Shown: piece after piece, positions 27,891 to 37,647 of the stretch
How positions within the stretch are numbered: the first letter of the stretch is position 1
Layout: each line of letters starts with the position of its first letter
Origin: Cyanophyceae cyanobacterium
Lineage (GTDB): Bacteria; Cyanobacteriota; Cyanobacteriia; Cyanobacteriales; JBHJGN01
Assembly: GCA_050331735.1 (NCBI GenBank)
Contig: JBHJGN010000031.1
Location: forward strand, 96,001-160,000
DNA: 64,000 bases
Reading direction: 5' to 3'
The notes under the pieces: model-generated
The model's input: only the letters and a program-made list of their open reading frames with translations
What the model was told of the DNA's origin: nothing
Databases searched by the model: none
Made by a program: the position numbers and the translations under genes

Positions 27891-28742
27891 ATTCCGCAAC
27901 AGTTCGTTAATCGATGTTTTAGAACGGGTTTTGTCATCAACCGTTTTGACAATCACGTTGCAGTACAGGCTTGGACCCGGTGAGCCATCGGGAAGCGGTT
28001 TGCCGGGTAGGGTGCCGGGAACAACAACTGCATAGGGAGGAATTTCCCCGTAGAAAATCTTGCCAGTGGTGCGATCGACGATTTTAGTAGACTGACTGAG
28101 ATGAACGCCGATCCCCAAAACGGCTCCTTCGCGGACAATCACACCCTCAGCCACTTCGCTTTGACCGCCAACAAACACATTATCTTCGATAATTACTGGA
28201 TTGGCCTGAAGCGGTTCGAGAACGCCACCAATGACGACTCCAGAGGACAAATGGCATCCTTGGCCGATTTGGGCGCAGGAACCGACAGTGACGTAGCTAT
28301 CCACCATCGTTCCGGTATCAATATAGGCCCCGATGTTGACAAAGCTAGGCATTAGCACAACATCTCTCGCGACATAGGAACCGCGACGGACGACGCAATT
28401 GGGAACGGCTCGAAATCCAGCGCGAGTAAAGTCATCCTGAGTCCAGCCGGAAAACTTGGACGGCACTTTATCAAACCAGGGCGCTTCTTTGAGAGCCTGA
28501 GATTGCAGACCACTGGCGATGACGGCAGATTGATTCAAACGGAAAGACAGCAGCACAGCCTTTTTAAGCCACTGATTTACTACCCAGTCATTCCCGGATT
28601 TTTCAGCAACACGATATTGACCGCTATCTAATCCTGCTATGGCGTGTTCGACAGCCTCGCGTATTTCCCCTGACGTTTCTGCGTTAACGCTACTGCGGTT
28701 TTCCCAAGCCGTATCGATCGTTGTTGTCTGTGTTGTGTCCAT
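27888..28742 (-). CDS. dapD: Tetrahydrodipicolinate N-succinyltransferase (proteobacterial type)
   Basis: [61 protein letters not shown] and [12 protein letters not shown] 28742 is the likely start. Confidence 0.95.
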   Translation of the reverse strand: MDTTQTTTIDTAWENRSSVNAETSGEIREAVEHAIAGLDSGQYRVAEKSGNDWVVNQWLKKAVLLSFRLNQSAVIASGLQSQALKEAPWFDKVPSKFSGWTQDDFTRAGFRAVPNCVVRRGSYVARDVVLMPSFVNIGAYIDTGTMVDSYVTVGSCAQIGQGCHLSSGVVIGGVLEPLQANPVIIEDNVFVGGQSEVAEGVIVREGAVLGIGVHLSQSTKIVDRTTGKIFYGEIPPYAVVVPGTLPGKPLPDGSPGPSLYCNVIVKTVDDKTRSKTSINELLRN

Positions 28743-28837
28743 CTCGTCTTTACTTAAATCCACTACTGCTAATCTGAGAGTCAATTCTTCAAATGGTATC
28801 GCTAACGGGGAAAGGGGGGAAGGGGAGCGATCGCCGA

Positions 28838-30916
28838 TTACTGCTTCAGCGGTTGACCGTTGCTCCGTAACAGCTCTAACCCAGCGGCTACTACCGTTTC
28901 TGGCGCTATGTCTAAACACTCTAAACTGTAGGGACAGGTAAAGGCATAGCAGGGACTACAGACAGTCGGACGACGCAATAACTTTACGTCTGTTGCTCTC
29001 GGTTGCCACTGACACTCTAATTCAGTTCCGGCAAACAGAATCACGGCAGGGGTGCGTGTGGCATCGGCAATGTGCATGGTGGAGGTGTTATTAGTCAGCA
29101 CCAGACGCGCCTGAGCAATCAAAGCTGTGAGTTCGCTTAAAGTCGTTTTCCCAATTGAGTCAACGGCGCGATCGCCCAAAAATTCTAGCAGAGGACGAGA
29201 GCGATCGCGGTCTTTGGCTACGCCGGTGACGACCACTGGCCACCCTGTCTGTTCACTGAGTTGCCGTGCCGCTTCCGCAAAGCGCATCCCCTCATAGTTG
29301 CGAGACTGGCAGCTTGTCCAGGGGTTGAGCAAGATGTAGGAACCCGATACGCCGTTAGAGGTGGGGACATGCAGAGAGAGGTGGCGATCGCAAACCCTAA
29401 ACCCGACAGACTCGATCAGGCGAAGGTTGCGCTCAACTTGATGGGTGCAATCGGGGGCTGATGCCACCTCATGAGTGAGAATTCCCAAACCCCGCTCCTT
29501 TGATTCTCCTAGGCGAAGAGGAATTCCGGCCAGATAACAAATTAAGGCAGGCGGATGAGGACTCTGACTGAAGCTAGTGAAGATAATTGCCGCATCAAAT
29601 TGACGAGCAGCTAATGTATCAATCAGTTGCCATTCTCGTTCCGGGTCAAAATCTAATCGTCCTAAGTCTTGCCAGAGAACGCGCCAGGGCAGCACCTCAT
29701 CTACCCAAGGTAGGAGAGAAGCCGTGAGCGCACCGCCGGGACTCGCCATTAACGTTAGCTGAGCGTGAGGCAAATTTTCTTGAATCGCCCGCAAAGCTGG
29801 ACTAGTCATAATCACATCTCCAATGTTGTCCAGCCGCATCACCAGGATGTTACGAGCACTAGACCACTCTGAGAGCAACGATTGAGGAGGAAACTCTCTC
29901 TGACTCTCTACCCCCTGACGACTAACCACTAATCCCGTCCCTCTCAACACCCTCTCCGCCTCAGCCACGACTGCTTGAGGAGACACCGCTTCGGTGCAGG
30001 TCTCCCACTCAAAGGGACAAACCCCACTGTACCAGCAGGACTGTTGCGTAAAATTGCTAATGATGCGTTCCGGACATTCGGGATATCCCTGCAAATTAAT
30101 GTGAGGGGTGGGGTGCCCGTAGCGTTCGTGCCAGGAGGGACCAAACAGAGTAATCGTCGGTACATCAAGGGCGACGGCAATTCTCACCGGTCCTGTATCA
30201 GCGCCAATCACTAAATCGGCGTTGGCCATCGCTGCCGCTAGCTTTCGCAGGGTTCCTCGCGGCCAGACGTAGGCATCACCTCCAATGGCAGAGGCAATCG
30301 CTTGGGCTTGTTTATCTTCGCTTTCCACCACAAAGATGGTGCCGCCCTGCTGCTGAAGTGCTTTGCCGAGGGCAACAAACTTATCTGGGGACCAGCGCTT
30401 AATTGACATTCCGGCATCGGGAATGAGGAAAATGAGGGGACGGTATGCTGCTCCCAAAGCTTGTTCTGCCTGCGCCTTTTCTGTCCGAGAGAGTTCGATC
30501 AGCGGATGTTGGTTTTGAACACTATCGGGGGTAATTAACCCCTCTTCAAGCAGAATTTGGAGAAAGCGATCACCCACTCGCTGGTGCGCAGGAGGATTAC
30601 GCCAGAGATTGGTAACGGTTCTCTTGGCTGCCTTTGCAACAACGTCAGCAATGCCTTCGTAGTTGGTATCAGAAACAATTAAATCAAACCCTTGCTGAAC
30701 CAGTTCCTCAACGGCTTGACGAGCTTGGCCTTTTTGAGCAACGACAATTTGAGCGATTAGACTATTTTTCTGCAATAAGTCCGCAGCGGGGGAGAAAGTC
30801 AGCACCGTGAGGCGAGCTTGAGGATGACTGAGGGCCAAGGCTTTGATAGCAGGAAGGGCAATGAGTCCGTCTCCAATTCCGCCCAATAACTCTATAAATA
30901 GAATCTTCTGGATCAA
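28838..30916 (-). CDS. Glycosyltransferase family 9 (heptosyltransferase-like), two fused GT9 units
   Basis: Unit 1: ELLGGIGD...[20 protein letters not shown]. Unit 2: [11 protein letters not shown]...[19 protein letters not shown]. Each unit ends in a Cys cluster. Confidence 0.88.
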   Translation of the reverse strand: MIQKILFIELLGGIGDGLIALPAIKALALSHPQARLTVLTFSPAADLLQKNSLIAQIVVAQKGQARQAVEELVQQGFDLIVSDTNYEGIADVVAKAAKRTVTNLWRNPPAHQRVGDRFLQILLEEGLITPDSVQNQHPLIELSRTEKAQAEQALGAAYRPLIFLIPDAGMSIKRWSPDKFVALGKALQQQGGTIFVVESEDKQAQAIASAIGGDAYVWPRGTLRKLAAAMANADLVIGADTGPVRIAVALDVPTITLFGPSWHERYGHPTPHINLQGYPECPERIISNFTQQSCWYSGVCPFEWETCTEAVSPQAVVAEAERVLRGTGLVVSRQGVESQREFPPQSLLSEWSSARNILVMRLDNIGDVIMTSPALRAIQENLPHAQLTLMASPGGALTASLLPWVDEVLPWRVLWQDLGRLDFDPEREWQLIDTLAARQFDAAIIFTSFSQSPHPPALICYLAGIPLRLGESKERGLGILTHEVASAPDCTHQVERNLRLIESVGFRVCDRHLSLHVPTSNGVSGSYILLNPWTSCQSRNYEGMRFAEAARQLSEQTGWPVVVTGVAKDRDRSRPLLEFLGDRAVDSIGKTTLSELTALIAQARLVLTNNTSTMHIADATRTPAVILFAGTELECQWQPRATDVKLLRRPTVCSPCYAFTCPYSLECLDIAPETVVAAGLELLRSNGQPLKQ

Positions 30917-30919
30917 GCT

Positions 30920-31201
30920 TTAATTCCGACTGACTAACTTACAGAAACGACTTTCTTCACCGCTTTTCAGCTTCTCTTGATAGAGAAAAGCGAGTTTGCT
31001 CTCTTCAAATTTTTCAAAGAACTCTTCCCATTCAATTCTCTCCAAGGAGTCTTGCCCACTGTAGCCCGGAAAATCGATGCGCAGCAGCCCCGGTCCATTT
31101 TCTTTGGTCCTTTTTACCGTTGCGGGGTAACCGCCTCGCTCTTCAACCCAGCGCTTGATCTCGTCGCGATCTGTCGTTTTTTTAGATTCTGCTTCAGACA
31201 T
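30920..31201 (-). CDS. Conserved small acidic stress-associated protein
   Basis: TTDRDEIKRWVEERGGYPATV..GLLRIDFPG..I.WEEFFEKFE...LAFLYQ; its stop is 3 nt from the GT9 start, implying an operon. Confidence 0.8.
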   Translation of the reverse strand: MSEAESKKTTDRDEIKRWVEERGGYPATVKRTKENGPGLLRIDFPGYSGQDSLERIEWEEFFEKFEESKLAFLYQEKLKSGEESRFCKLVSRN

Positions 31202-31616
31202 AAATAATTTCTCAACGCTGCTATCGAAGAGCATATATCGCTGAAGATAACAGTTCCCAATTGAGCGCTGCTTCTGCCTTTAGAATGAAGATAGCCTTCC
31301 TCCTATTTAGCTAAGCTTCAAGTCCACCATTCTGTTTGGAACTGTGTGCTATCGCTGAGCACACCTAGCTTTTCTTCCCGCTCATAAAAGCCCATTCTCA
31401 GCAACAACTGCGCTTAGCTAGTTCTTGATTATGCTCTTGGCTCTTTAGATTTCACTCCGCTGATAGAGACAAAATCTAGTGTTTTACTTTTAGATAAAGT
31501 ATAAGACTAAACAGACATACATGCATAAATATGCATTTCAACCGCCGTTGAGCTGAACTAGTTTCGGTTGCTGTCTTAGCGAGAGTTAGCTTTTAGAACA
31601 AAGGAATACGATTACT

Positions 31617-32459
31617 ATGGTTAAAAGTCACAACAATAGTTTGACAAAACAAACAGCAGTCCGTATGGGAGCGATCGCCCTTGGGATGGCGGCCCTCCTG
31701 CTTCCTGGCTGCAACAACCCCCAAGAAATTGCGGAAGAAGAAACAAACGTCACAACTGAAGACGTTGCCGAAGATCCAGTAGAAGCTGATGATGCCAACG
31801 CTAGCGGATTGGTGACGGTTCGGGGCGAAGTGTCGCAAGAACTTGATGAGCAAGGCTTTGAGCTTCAGTCTGAGGGCGAATCAATTTTAGTCATCAATGC
31901 CTCTGGAACACCTTTAACTCTCCCCACAGATGACGTGCCAGTGCAGGTAACAGGAGACTCGGTACAGTTTGTGACTGCCGACGTTGAGAGCGAGTACGGT
32001 TTGGAGTTAGATCCAGAGCTATACGTCGATTATGAAGAACAGCCTGCGATTATTGCCGAGTCGATTGCGCTTGCGCCCACGGCTGAACAGCTTGCAGAAG
32101 ATCCATCACCCTACTATGACCAGGTTATTGCTCTCCAAGGAGAAGCCAGACGAGTTTACTCTCCCAGTGCGCTATCTGTGTTTGAAGACGGCTGGGTGGA
32201 TGATGTCGGCTTAATGGTTGTCGGAGTCGATCAGGTTCTTCAAACTGAAGGAGAAGGCGGTGAAGTTCAGCAAGGAGAGATGGTCGTCGTGACTGGTAGA
32301 GTAGAGCCATTCGATCTCGCTCAGCTTGAGCAGGAGTACGAGCTTGGTTTAGAACCCGATGTCGTAGAAGAGTTTGAAGCAAGCTACACTGAAGAACCCT
32401 TCCCAAATCGACCCGTGATCGTTGCTGATGATATTTATCCGTCAGCGGTAGAAGAATAG
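31617..32459 (+). CDS. Acidic lipoprotein with two internal repeats (OB-fold-like)
   Basis: Lipobox LPGC; duplicated motif V.VTG....F....E.EY.L.L.P. Confidence 0.8.
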   Translation: MVKSHNNSLTKQTAVRMGAIALGMAALLLPGCNNPQEIAEEETNVTTEDVAEDPVEADDANASGLVTVRGEVSQELDEQGFELQSEGESILVINASGTPLTLPTDDVPVQVTGDSVQFVTADVESEYGLELDPELYVDYEEQPAIIAESIALAPTAEQLAEDPSPYYDQVIALQGEARRVYSPSALSVFEDGWVDDVGLMVVGVDQVLQTEGEGGEVQQGEMVVVTGRVEPFDLAQLEQEYELGLEPDVVEEFEASYTEEPFPNRPVIVADDIYPSAVEE

Positions 32460-32667
32460 AGAGCTTTGTGTACCTTTAGGCGGGAATAGCGCTAATCAGC
32501 GCCATTTTCCGCTGTTTTGCCCGTATAAATATTAGCTAATTGCCTAATTTAACCAATTAGATAGATGTAGTGTTATCCCTTCAGAGAGATGAGATCTGCC
32601 CGTTGTCTAAGAGAAAAAAGAGGTGATTGATTACTAAGCACACGTAACACTTTACTAAGGAAAAAAA

Positions 32668-33438
32668 ATGGTTAGAGACAGAGATGTAGTTAGAGACAGA
32701 GATGTAGTTGGAGCTGATATGGATTCCGCTCACTACAAGCGTGCCGTTGGTGTTTTTGAAAGAAAGGAAGATACCGAAGGGGCACTGCGCGCTCTTAAAG
32801 AGAACGGTTTCAATATGGATAACGTTTCTTTGCTAGCGCGGGATCTTGATAACGTGAGCGGTGCTGAAGAAGTAACTGAGAAGGAAGGTAACAACGCACC
32901 TGAAGGTGCGGGTGCGGGTGCTACGACTGGCGCAGTTCTAGGAGGGATTGGTGGTTTCTTGGTTGGCGCTGGTGTCCTTGCGATTCCTGGTATCGGGCCT
33001 GTGCTGGCTGCTGGAGCTGGAATTTCAGAAATTGCCGCTACTCTAGCCGGTGCTGGTATTGGTGCAGCGACAGGTGGCATTATCGGTGCGTTAGTTGGCT
33101 TAGGCATTCCTGAAGAGAAAGCGAAGGTCTATGAAGATCGCGTCAAGGCTGGTGAATATTTAATGATGGTTGTTGGCACAGAAGATGAGGTAAAACGGGC
33201 TGAATCTCTTCTGCGCGATCGCCACATTCAAGAATTTGAAATTTTCGACGCTCCAGATTATCAAGGCGGAGTCACCCCAGCAGCTAGTGAGGTAGAAACG
33301 GGACGCGAACCGGTAGCAGGAAGAGTGGTTGAAAGCCGCGATTTAGACCGAGATGGCAACCCAGAAGTAATCATTGTTGATAAGCGCGATGGCGTTGTCG
33401 ATAAAGGTGACAACGTTGTTGAGAGAGACGTTCTCTAG
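32668..33438 (+). CDS. General stress protein (Gly/Ala-rich membrane hairpin family)
   Basis: RAVGVF..AL..L...GF, GAGAGATTGAVLGG..LAIPGIGPVLAAG and LVGLGIPEEKAKVY; an 18-bp tandem duplication at 32671-32706 encodes VRDRDV twice. Confidence 0.85.
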   Translation: MVRDRDVVRDRDVVGADMDSAHYKRAVGVFERKEDTEGALRALKENGFNMDNVSLLARDLDNVSGAEEVTEKEGNNAPEGAGAGATTGAVLGGIGGFLVGAGVLAIPGIGPVLAAGAGISEIAATLAGAGIGAATGGIIGALVGLGIPEEKAKVYEDRVKAGEYLMMVVGTEDEVKRAESLLRDRHIQEFEIFDAPDYQGGVTPAASEVETGREPVAGRVVESRDLDRDGNPEVIIVDKRDGVVDKGDNVVERDVL

Positions 33439-33573
33439 GATCTCAGGATAGATGCCGGTACCCAATTGGACACCAAAAAGGTAAATTTTACCCAAAAATA
33501 TACGAACCAGATTTGGCTACTGTTAACTTGAGCACAACTGATTAACTCTATCCCCATCTTGATGGGGATTTTT

Positions 33574-33920
33574 TATGAAATTGCTAGAGAGTTCGATGAG
33601 TCCGGCAGACAAACAAGCTCGTAGCAGATGAGGAGGTAGCCCAGTTCTATGCCGATGACATAGCGGAAGGATTTCGGCAAGGCGTTCGAGGTCCGGCTGA
33701 TGACGCAATTCTTTTGTATCGGGAATGGGGGTTTAGCGTTGAGGAGATAGAGATAGAAGTACACCTGTTTCACGGAGAAGAAGACAGGTTTGCGCCCTAT
33801 AGCTATGCAGTGTATTTCGACGAGAAAATTCCACAAGCCAAGCTGCATGGGTATCCAAAAGAAGGACACTTATTTATAGTACGGCTGTTTGCCGAGGTAT
33901 TTAAGCAAGTTTCACAGTGA
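33574..33920 (+). pseudogene. Alpha/beta-hydrolase C-terminal remnant, frameshifted
   Basis: MKLLESSMSPADKQ is followed, after a frame change, by ADEEVAQFYADDIAEGFRQG..WGF..EEI..EVHLFHGEEDRFAP..EGHL. The nucleophile-containing N-terminal half is absent. Confidence 0.7.
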
Positions 33921-34073
33921 AGACGGAACAGAAGCTAACGGGTCAGAGAAACCCCACCACGTTCGTCACGAGTGCCTAAACTTGGTTTAGGCAACGTGGG
34001 AAGTTTTGCTCAACTGTTGCCAGAGAACTCGCTAGATAACAGCTCAGTTTGACGAGCGCGTTCAACAGATGTT

Positions 34074-34460
34074 CTATTTTCTAAGCCAAATCAACAGAGC
34101 AAAAATTCCTAGTACCAGAGCTTCAGCGATCAATAACCCATTGATAGTTTGCGCAGCTTCGGGATGGAGGACAAACTGCGATCGCCAAAGCGTATAGGGG
34201 ACAAACTGAAGAAGCGCGATTCCTCCAAAGACGAGCCACACAGACCAGAAAACCCCTCGCCACAGGCTAATAGCAGTCACTACATCAAAGCACAACAGCG
34301 CTATATCCATCCCTCTCCATAAGAGCGGCGTAGACAACCAGGGTGTCCCAGTTAGGCCTGCCATATTACCAATATGAACAGTAGCTCCATAGAAGAGGAC
34401 AATCGCTAGCAGTTTGGCGTAGGCAGCAGTCCAGGGATGTTGCAGGGCATCTCGGTTCAT
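34074..34460 (-). CDS. Four-TM hypothetical membrane protein
   Basis: Four hydrophobic segments; ATG 34460. Confidence 0.75.
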   Translation of the reverse strand: MNRDALQHPWTAAYAKLLAIVLFYGATVHIGNMAGLTGTPWLSTPLLWRGMDIALLCFDVVTAISLWRGVFWSVWLVFGGIALLQFVPYTLWRSQFVLHPEAAQTINGLLIAEALVLGIFALLIWLRK

Positions 34461-34621
34461 TTTGGTTAAACCCCATTCATCGTGCAAAAAGCAAAAGCTC
34501 AAAATTAGCCAGGAGCGTAGTACGGTGACTGTATGCTACGTTCTTATCTGAGAGGTATCCCCTCGCAATAGGGGCATCGACTCTCATCAAGCCTGTTTAC
34601 TTCTAATGCCCGCTCTCAAAC

Positions 34622-34909
34622 TTACAGAGATGCCTGCGTTCTAGCCTGCTTCACCATGTCAATGAGAGTATGGTGAGCATCTTCAGAGTCTTTGAGAACG
34701 TGGTCAAACTCGATGCGGACGGGGCGTTCTCCCCCATCAGTCTGGACCAACAAATTCATGCCGTGGGGATCGATGGCGATCATTTCAGCGGCTTGAGTAT
34801 CGGCAACGTTACCGAAAACTTGAGCATAAAGGGCGATCTCCTCGCTGTGGTCGTCGTTCATATGCTGGCAGATGCGATCGCTAACGGTTGCGGTGAGCGG
34901 ATCGGGCAT
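34622..34909 (-). CDS. DUF2470 (HugZ-related heme-binding) domain protein
   Basis: SDRICQHMNDDH, M.AID..GM.L and F...L...EDAHHTLIDM; RBS AGGAGG. Confidence 0.9.
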   Translation of the reverse strand: MPDPLTATVSDRICQHMNDDHSEEIALYAQVFGNVADTQAAEMIAIDPHGMNLLVQTDGGERPVRIEFDHVLKDSEDAHHTLIDMVKQARTQASL

Positions 34910-34930
34910 AGTTTTACCTCCTGAATCTCT

Positions 34931-35695
34931 TTACCTAGAATAAACGGTTTGGCAAAACTCTAGCACCTCCATCACCTGGTCAGTTTGCTGAGGATAAAAC
35001 ATTTTGGGTCGGGCAATCACCACCAGAGGAATGCCAAGCTGCTGAGCAACAGCCCGCTTGACGTCTTCTCCCCCAGCTTGCCCCGATGCTTTTGTCACCA
35101 CTAGGGAAATTTGCCACTGTTGCCACAGGGCGGTTTCTAGCTCAGCACTGATGGGAGGACGCAGGGCAATGAGGCGATCCGAGGTAAATCCAGCCTGAGA
35201 GGCAGCGGCGAGAGAGCTTTCTGTTGGCAACACGCGAGCAAAGAGAGTAGCGCGCTGCTGCCAGGGGGCAAATAGCGGAAGGGCTTTGCAGCCAACGGTG
35301 AGCAAAACTCTTTGAGCGAGGAGATAACTGCCGCAGAGCAGCTCGTCAAAGTTTAGCTCTCTGCTTAAATCGTTTTCTGCCAAAGTCGGACGTTCGTAGC
35401 GCAGGTACGGAATTTGGCAATAGGAGGCAGCGGCGATCGCCGTTTGAGAAATAGCTACTGCGTAGGGATGCGACGCATCAACAATCGCTCCAATCTGCTC
35501 TTGTTTCAAAAAGTCCTCTAGTCCACTCTCTAGCTTGCCTACCCTCACTTTCAGCCAGCGGCACTGCGGGTAGAGAGTTTGGGCGGCAGCGGTGGTAACG
35601 GTAATCGTGCAGGGTAGATGCTGTTCAGCAAGCAGTCGAGCGATCTCTGCACTATCGCTCGTTCCGCCGATAAGCCAAATCCGTGCCTTCACCAA
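34931..35695 (-). CDS. cobK: Cobalt-precorrin-6A / precorrin-6x reductase
   Basis: IWLIGGTSDS, VDASHPYA, PYLRYERP, RVLLTVG, VVTKASG.AGGE..K and VIARP. Confidence 0.93.
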   Translation of the reverse strand: MVKARIWLIGGTSDSAEIARLLAEQHLPCTITVTTAAAQTLYPQCRWLKVRVGKLESGLEDFLKQEQIGAIVDASHPYAVAISQTAIAAASYCQIPYLRYERPTLAENDLSRELNFDELLCGSYLLAQRVLLTVGCKALPLFAPWQQRATLFARVLPTESSLAAASQAGFTSDRLIALRPPISAELETALWQQWQISLVVTKASGQAGGEDVKRAVAQQLGIPLVVIARPKMFYPQQTDQVMEVLEFCQTVYSR

Positions 35696-35703
35696 TCAGC
35701 GTC

Positions 35704-35892
35704 TTAGCCTTTGAGGGCTTTTTGAAAGTTTCTGCGATAGGTTTTATTAGCGATTAGAGCAGGCCACAGCAAGGCTAAAACCACACGGTTGCTTAAACTG
35801 GGACTATAGTTAGTTCGTTTAAATCCTTTCCAGAATTTCCAAACCCCCCCACCATAGACGATGAGCAAAACAATCAAGATTAACTGGCCCAT
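35704..35892 (-). CDS. Conserved small membrane protein
   Basis: 62 aa; YGGGVWKFWKGF.RTNY and LLWP....NK.YR.NFQKALKG. Confidence 0.8.
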   Translation of the reverse strand: MGQLILIVLLIVYGGGVWKFWKGFKRTNYSPSLSNRVVLALLWPALIANKTYRRNFQKALKG

Positions 35893-36108
35893 AGAACAAT
35901 CCCTTTGTGTTTGATGTTGAGCTTGCTCAAAGCGGCTGGGGCGTGGTTCTAAGTTCCCTCAGAACGTAAGCCGGCCCCGAAGCCGGAATCTTTTCCGGCG
36001 GAACTTTGAGTGTCAAACTTTACCGATCAGTCTGTAGATAATATTGTAGGCATTTTTTCCTCCGTCGCGTAGTCGCTTCGTTGTCCCTCGCTGCTCCAAG
36101 TGCTACTT

Positions 36109-37434
36109 TTACGTGTAACGAAAAACGTTATCCCAAACGTAGTCAACCAAACGTTTAGCATCATCAAGCGGCAAAACATGACAGTGGCCCTGAGCATCTT
36201 TCTTGAGAAGGGCCACTTCGCTTGTGGAGTTCTTATCTCCATTTTCAATCGCCTTACCCCGTATTTCTTGTAAATTCCGAACGGGGCCATTAATATCAAA
36301 GTCTATTTTAGTTTCAAACTTTTTGTCCATCCAGTTTTCAATTTTGTCGTCTAACTGAGAAGGCGTTAGCGCAGCTTTACTAATTAGCAAATGATAATAA
36401 ACCAAAATGATTTCTTTGCACTCCTCCTCTTCCGCAGCATCAATTAAACTATGAAAGACGCTGGCATTATTGGCAAGGTTTTTAAAAAAGAGCGTATCTG
36501 TTACTTTCTTTCTAAACTCAATAACTTTGCTTTTATATTTACTGTATTGCTTAAAAGCAAACCCTCCTAGCACGACAATCAGCGATAAGCTTGCCGTGAG
36601 CACAGGCATAAAATCGCGCACATTTTCTTCGCTAATCCTCAAACCAAAAATTTGCGTAGTCCCAAAAACCAGAAAAGAAATTGCTCCAACAAGGAGAGTT
36701 AACTTAGGCAAAGTCCTTAGAATAACCGGAATAGCTGCACCAACAGCAGGAACTCCTAACAGGAGGCGATCCTTCCAGGTCATGCTAATCTTTATGTTGG
36801 GAAACAGCAGCTCTAAATCAAATTTAGGAACATTTCTGTAGAAGTAAACGTACATTTTCCCAGGAGCAAACTTAAGTAAGCCACCCTTGGTATTCTGGTT
36901 TTCAAAATGCTCTTGCTCTTTAAACTTAATCAGTAAAACAACCCGATCGAAAACATCGATCTTTTTTTTAATCTTTCTAAAAAATTTTCTAACTTCAATG
37001 GTTTGATAGAAATCGCCCCGCCGATAACACACTAATTCATCAAAATCGTTCAGATCAACTTTAGTTTGTAGTTCAATTAGCGATCGCTCTTTGAAAGCTT
37101 GCTTTAAAGCGGCGGAGGAAATCGGCGCATAGTTGGCTCGCTCCAAAACGGTTTTAAAGTCTTCAACGAGTGTAGCTTCCATTTTTGCCAACCGTTCTGA
37201 AGTAGGCGGTTCTCTATACTTTCTCTGCCCATCCGGATTAAACGGAGCATAGTTATCCTTCAACCGTTCCAAGTAAGCCTGAAACTTAAAGTGGTAAAAA
37301 GCGCAGAGGAGCGAGCAAAATTCTCGAAACTGCTGCGCCTCTGCATCGGTGAGCTGACCATCTTCCAGGCAAAGTTCAATCAGGTCTGTTCGACGATAGG
37401 GAATATACGTCTCTCGATCTTGGTACGATGCCAT
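36109..37434 (-). CDS. DUF3754 / TMEM143-family membrane protein
   Basis: RETYIPYRR.DLI, LK.NYAPFNPD, DLELLFPN and LIDAAEEEECKE.IL.Y; two TMs. Confidence 0.85.
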   Translation of the reverse strand: MASYQDRETYIPYRRTDLIELCLEDGQLTDAEAQQFREFCSLLCAFYHFKFQAYLERLKDNYAPFNPDGQRKYREPPTSERLAKMEATLVEDFKTVLERANYAPISSAALKQAFKERSLIELQTKVDLNDFDELVCYRRGDFYQTIEVRKFFRKIKKKIDVFDRVVLLIKFKEQEHFENQNTKGGLLKFAPGKMYVYFYRNVPKFDLELLFPNIKISMTWKDRLLLGVPAVGAAIPVILRTLPKLTLLVGAISFLVFGTTQIFGLRISEENVRDFMPVLTASLSLIVVLGGFAFKQYSKYKSKVIEFRKKVTDTLFFKNLANNASVFHSLIDAAEEEECKEIILVYYHLLISKAALTPSQLDDKIENWMDKKFETKIDFDINGPVRNLQEIRGKAIENGDKNSTSEVALLKKDAQGHCHVLPLDDAKRLVDYVWDNVFRYT

Positions 37435-37480
37435 CAGTTTCTCTTCTAGGCAGAAATTGTAAAGTACGACTTGATTTGTA

Positions 37481-37647
37481 TGGGGAAAAGGGGAAATAGT
37501 TGCTCCGCAACGGGGAAGGGGGAAAGGGATAACTATCCAGTGCGGGACGTCAAAAGAACATAGGGCTAAGAAACAAACTAGTTCATTCCCCTTTCCCCCT
37601 TACCCTTTCCCCTTTACCCGTGCCTACGGCACCTGCCCTCTTCCCTG
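37481..37647 (-). repeat. Dispersed repeat family A overlapping the 3' end of the YyaL-like gene
   Basis: Conserved core plus heptamer tracts on both sides; encodes the tail GAVGTGKGERVRGKGE and the TGA stop. Confidence 0.75.

Noticed and set aside
28743..28919. N-terminal extension of dapD in the ORF track
   Set aside because: It overlaps the GT9 gene end and a G-tract repeat; DapD similarity starts at ATG 28742.
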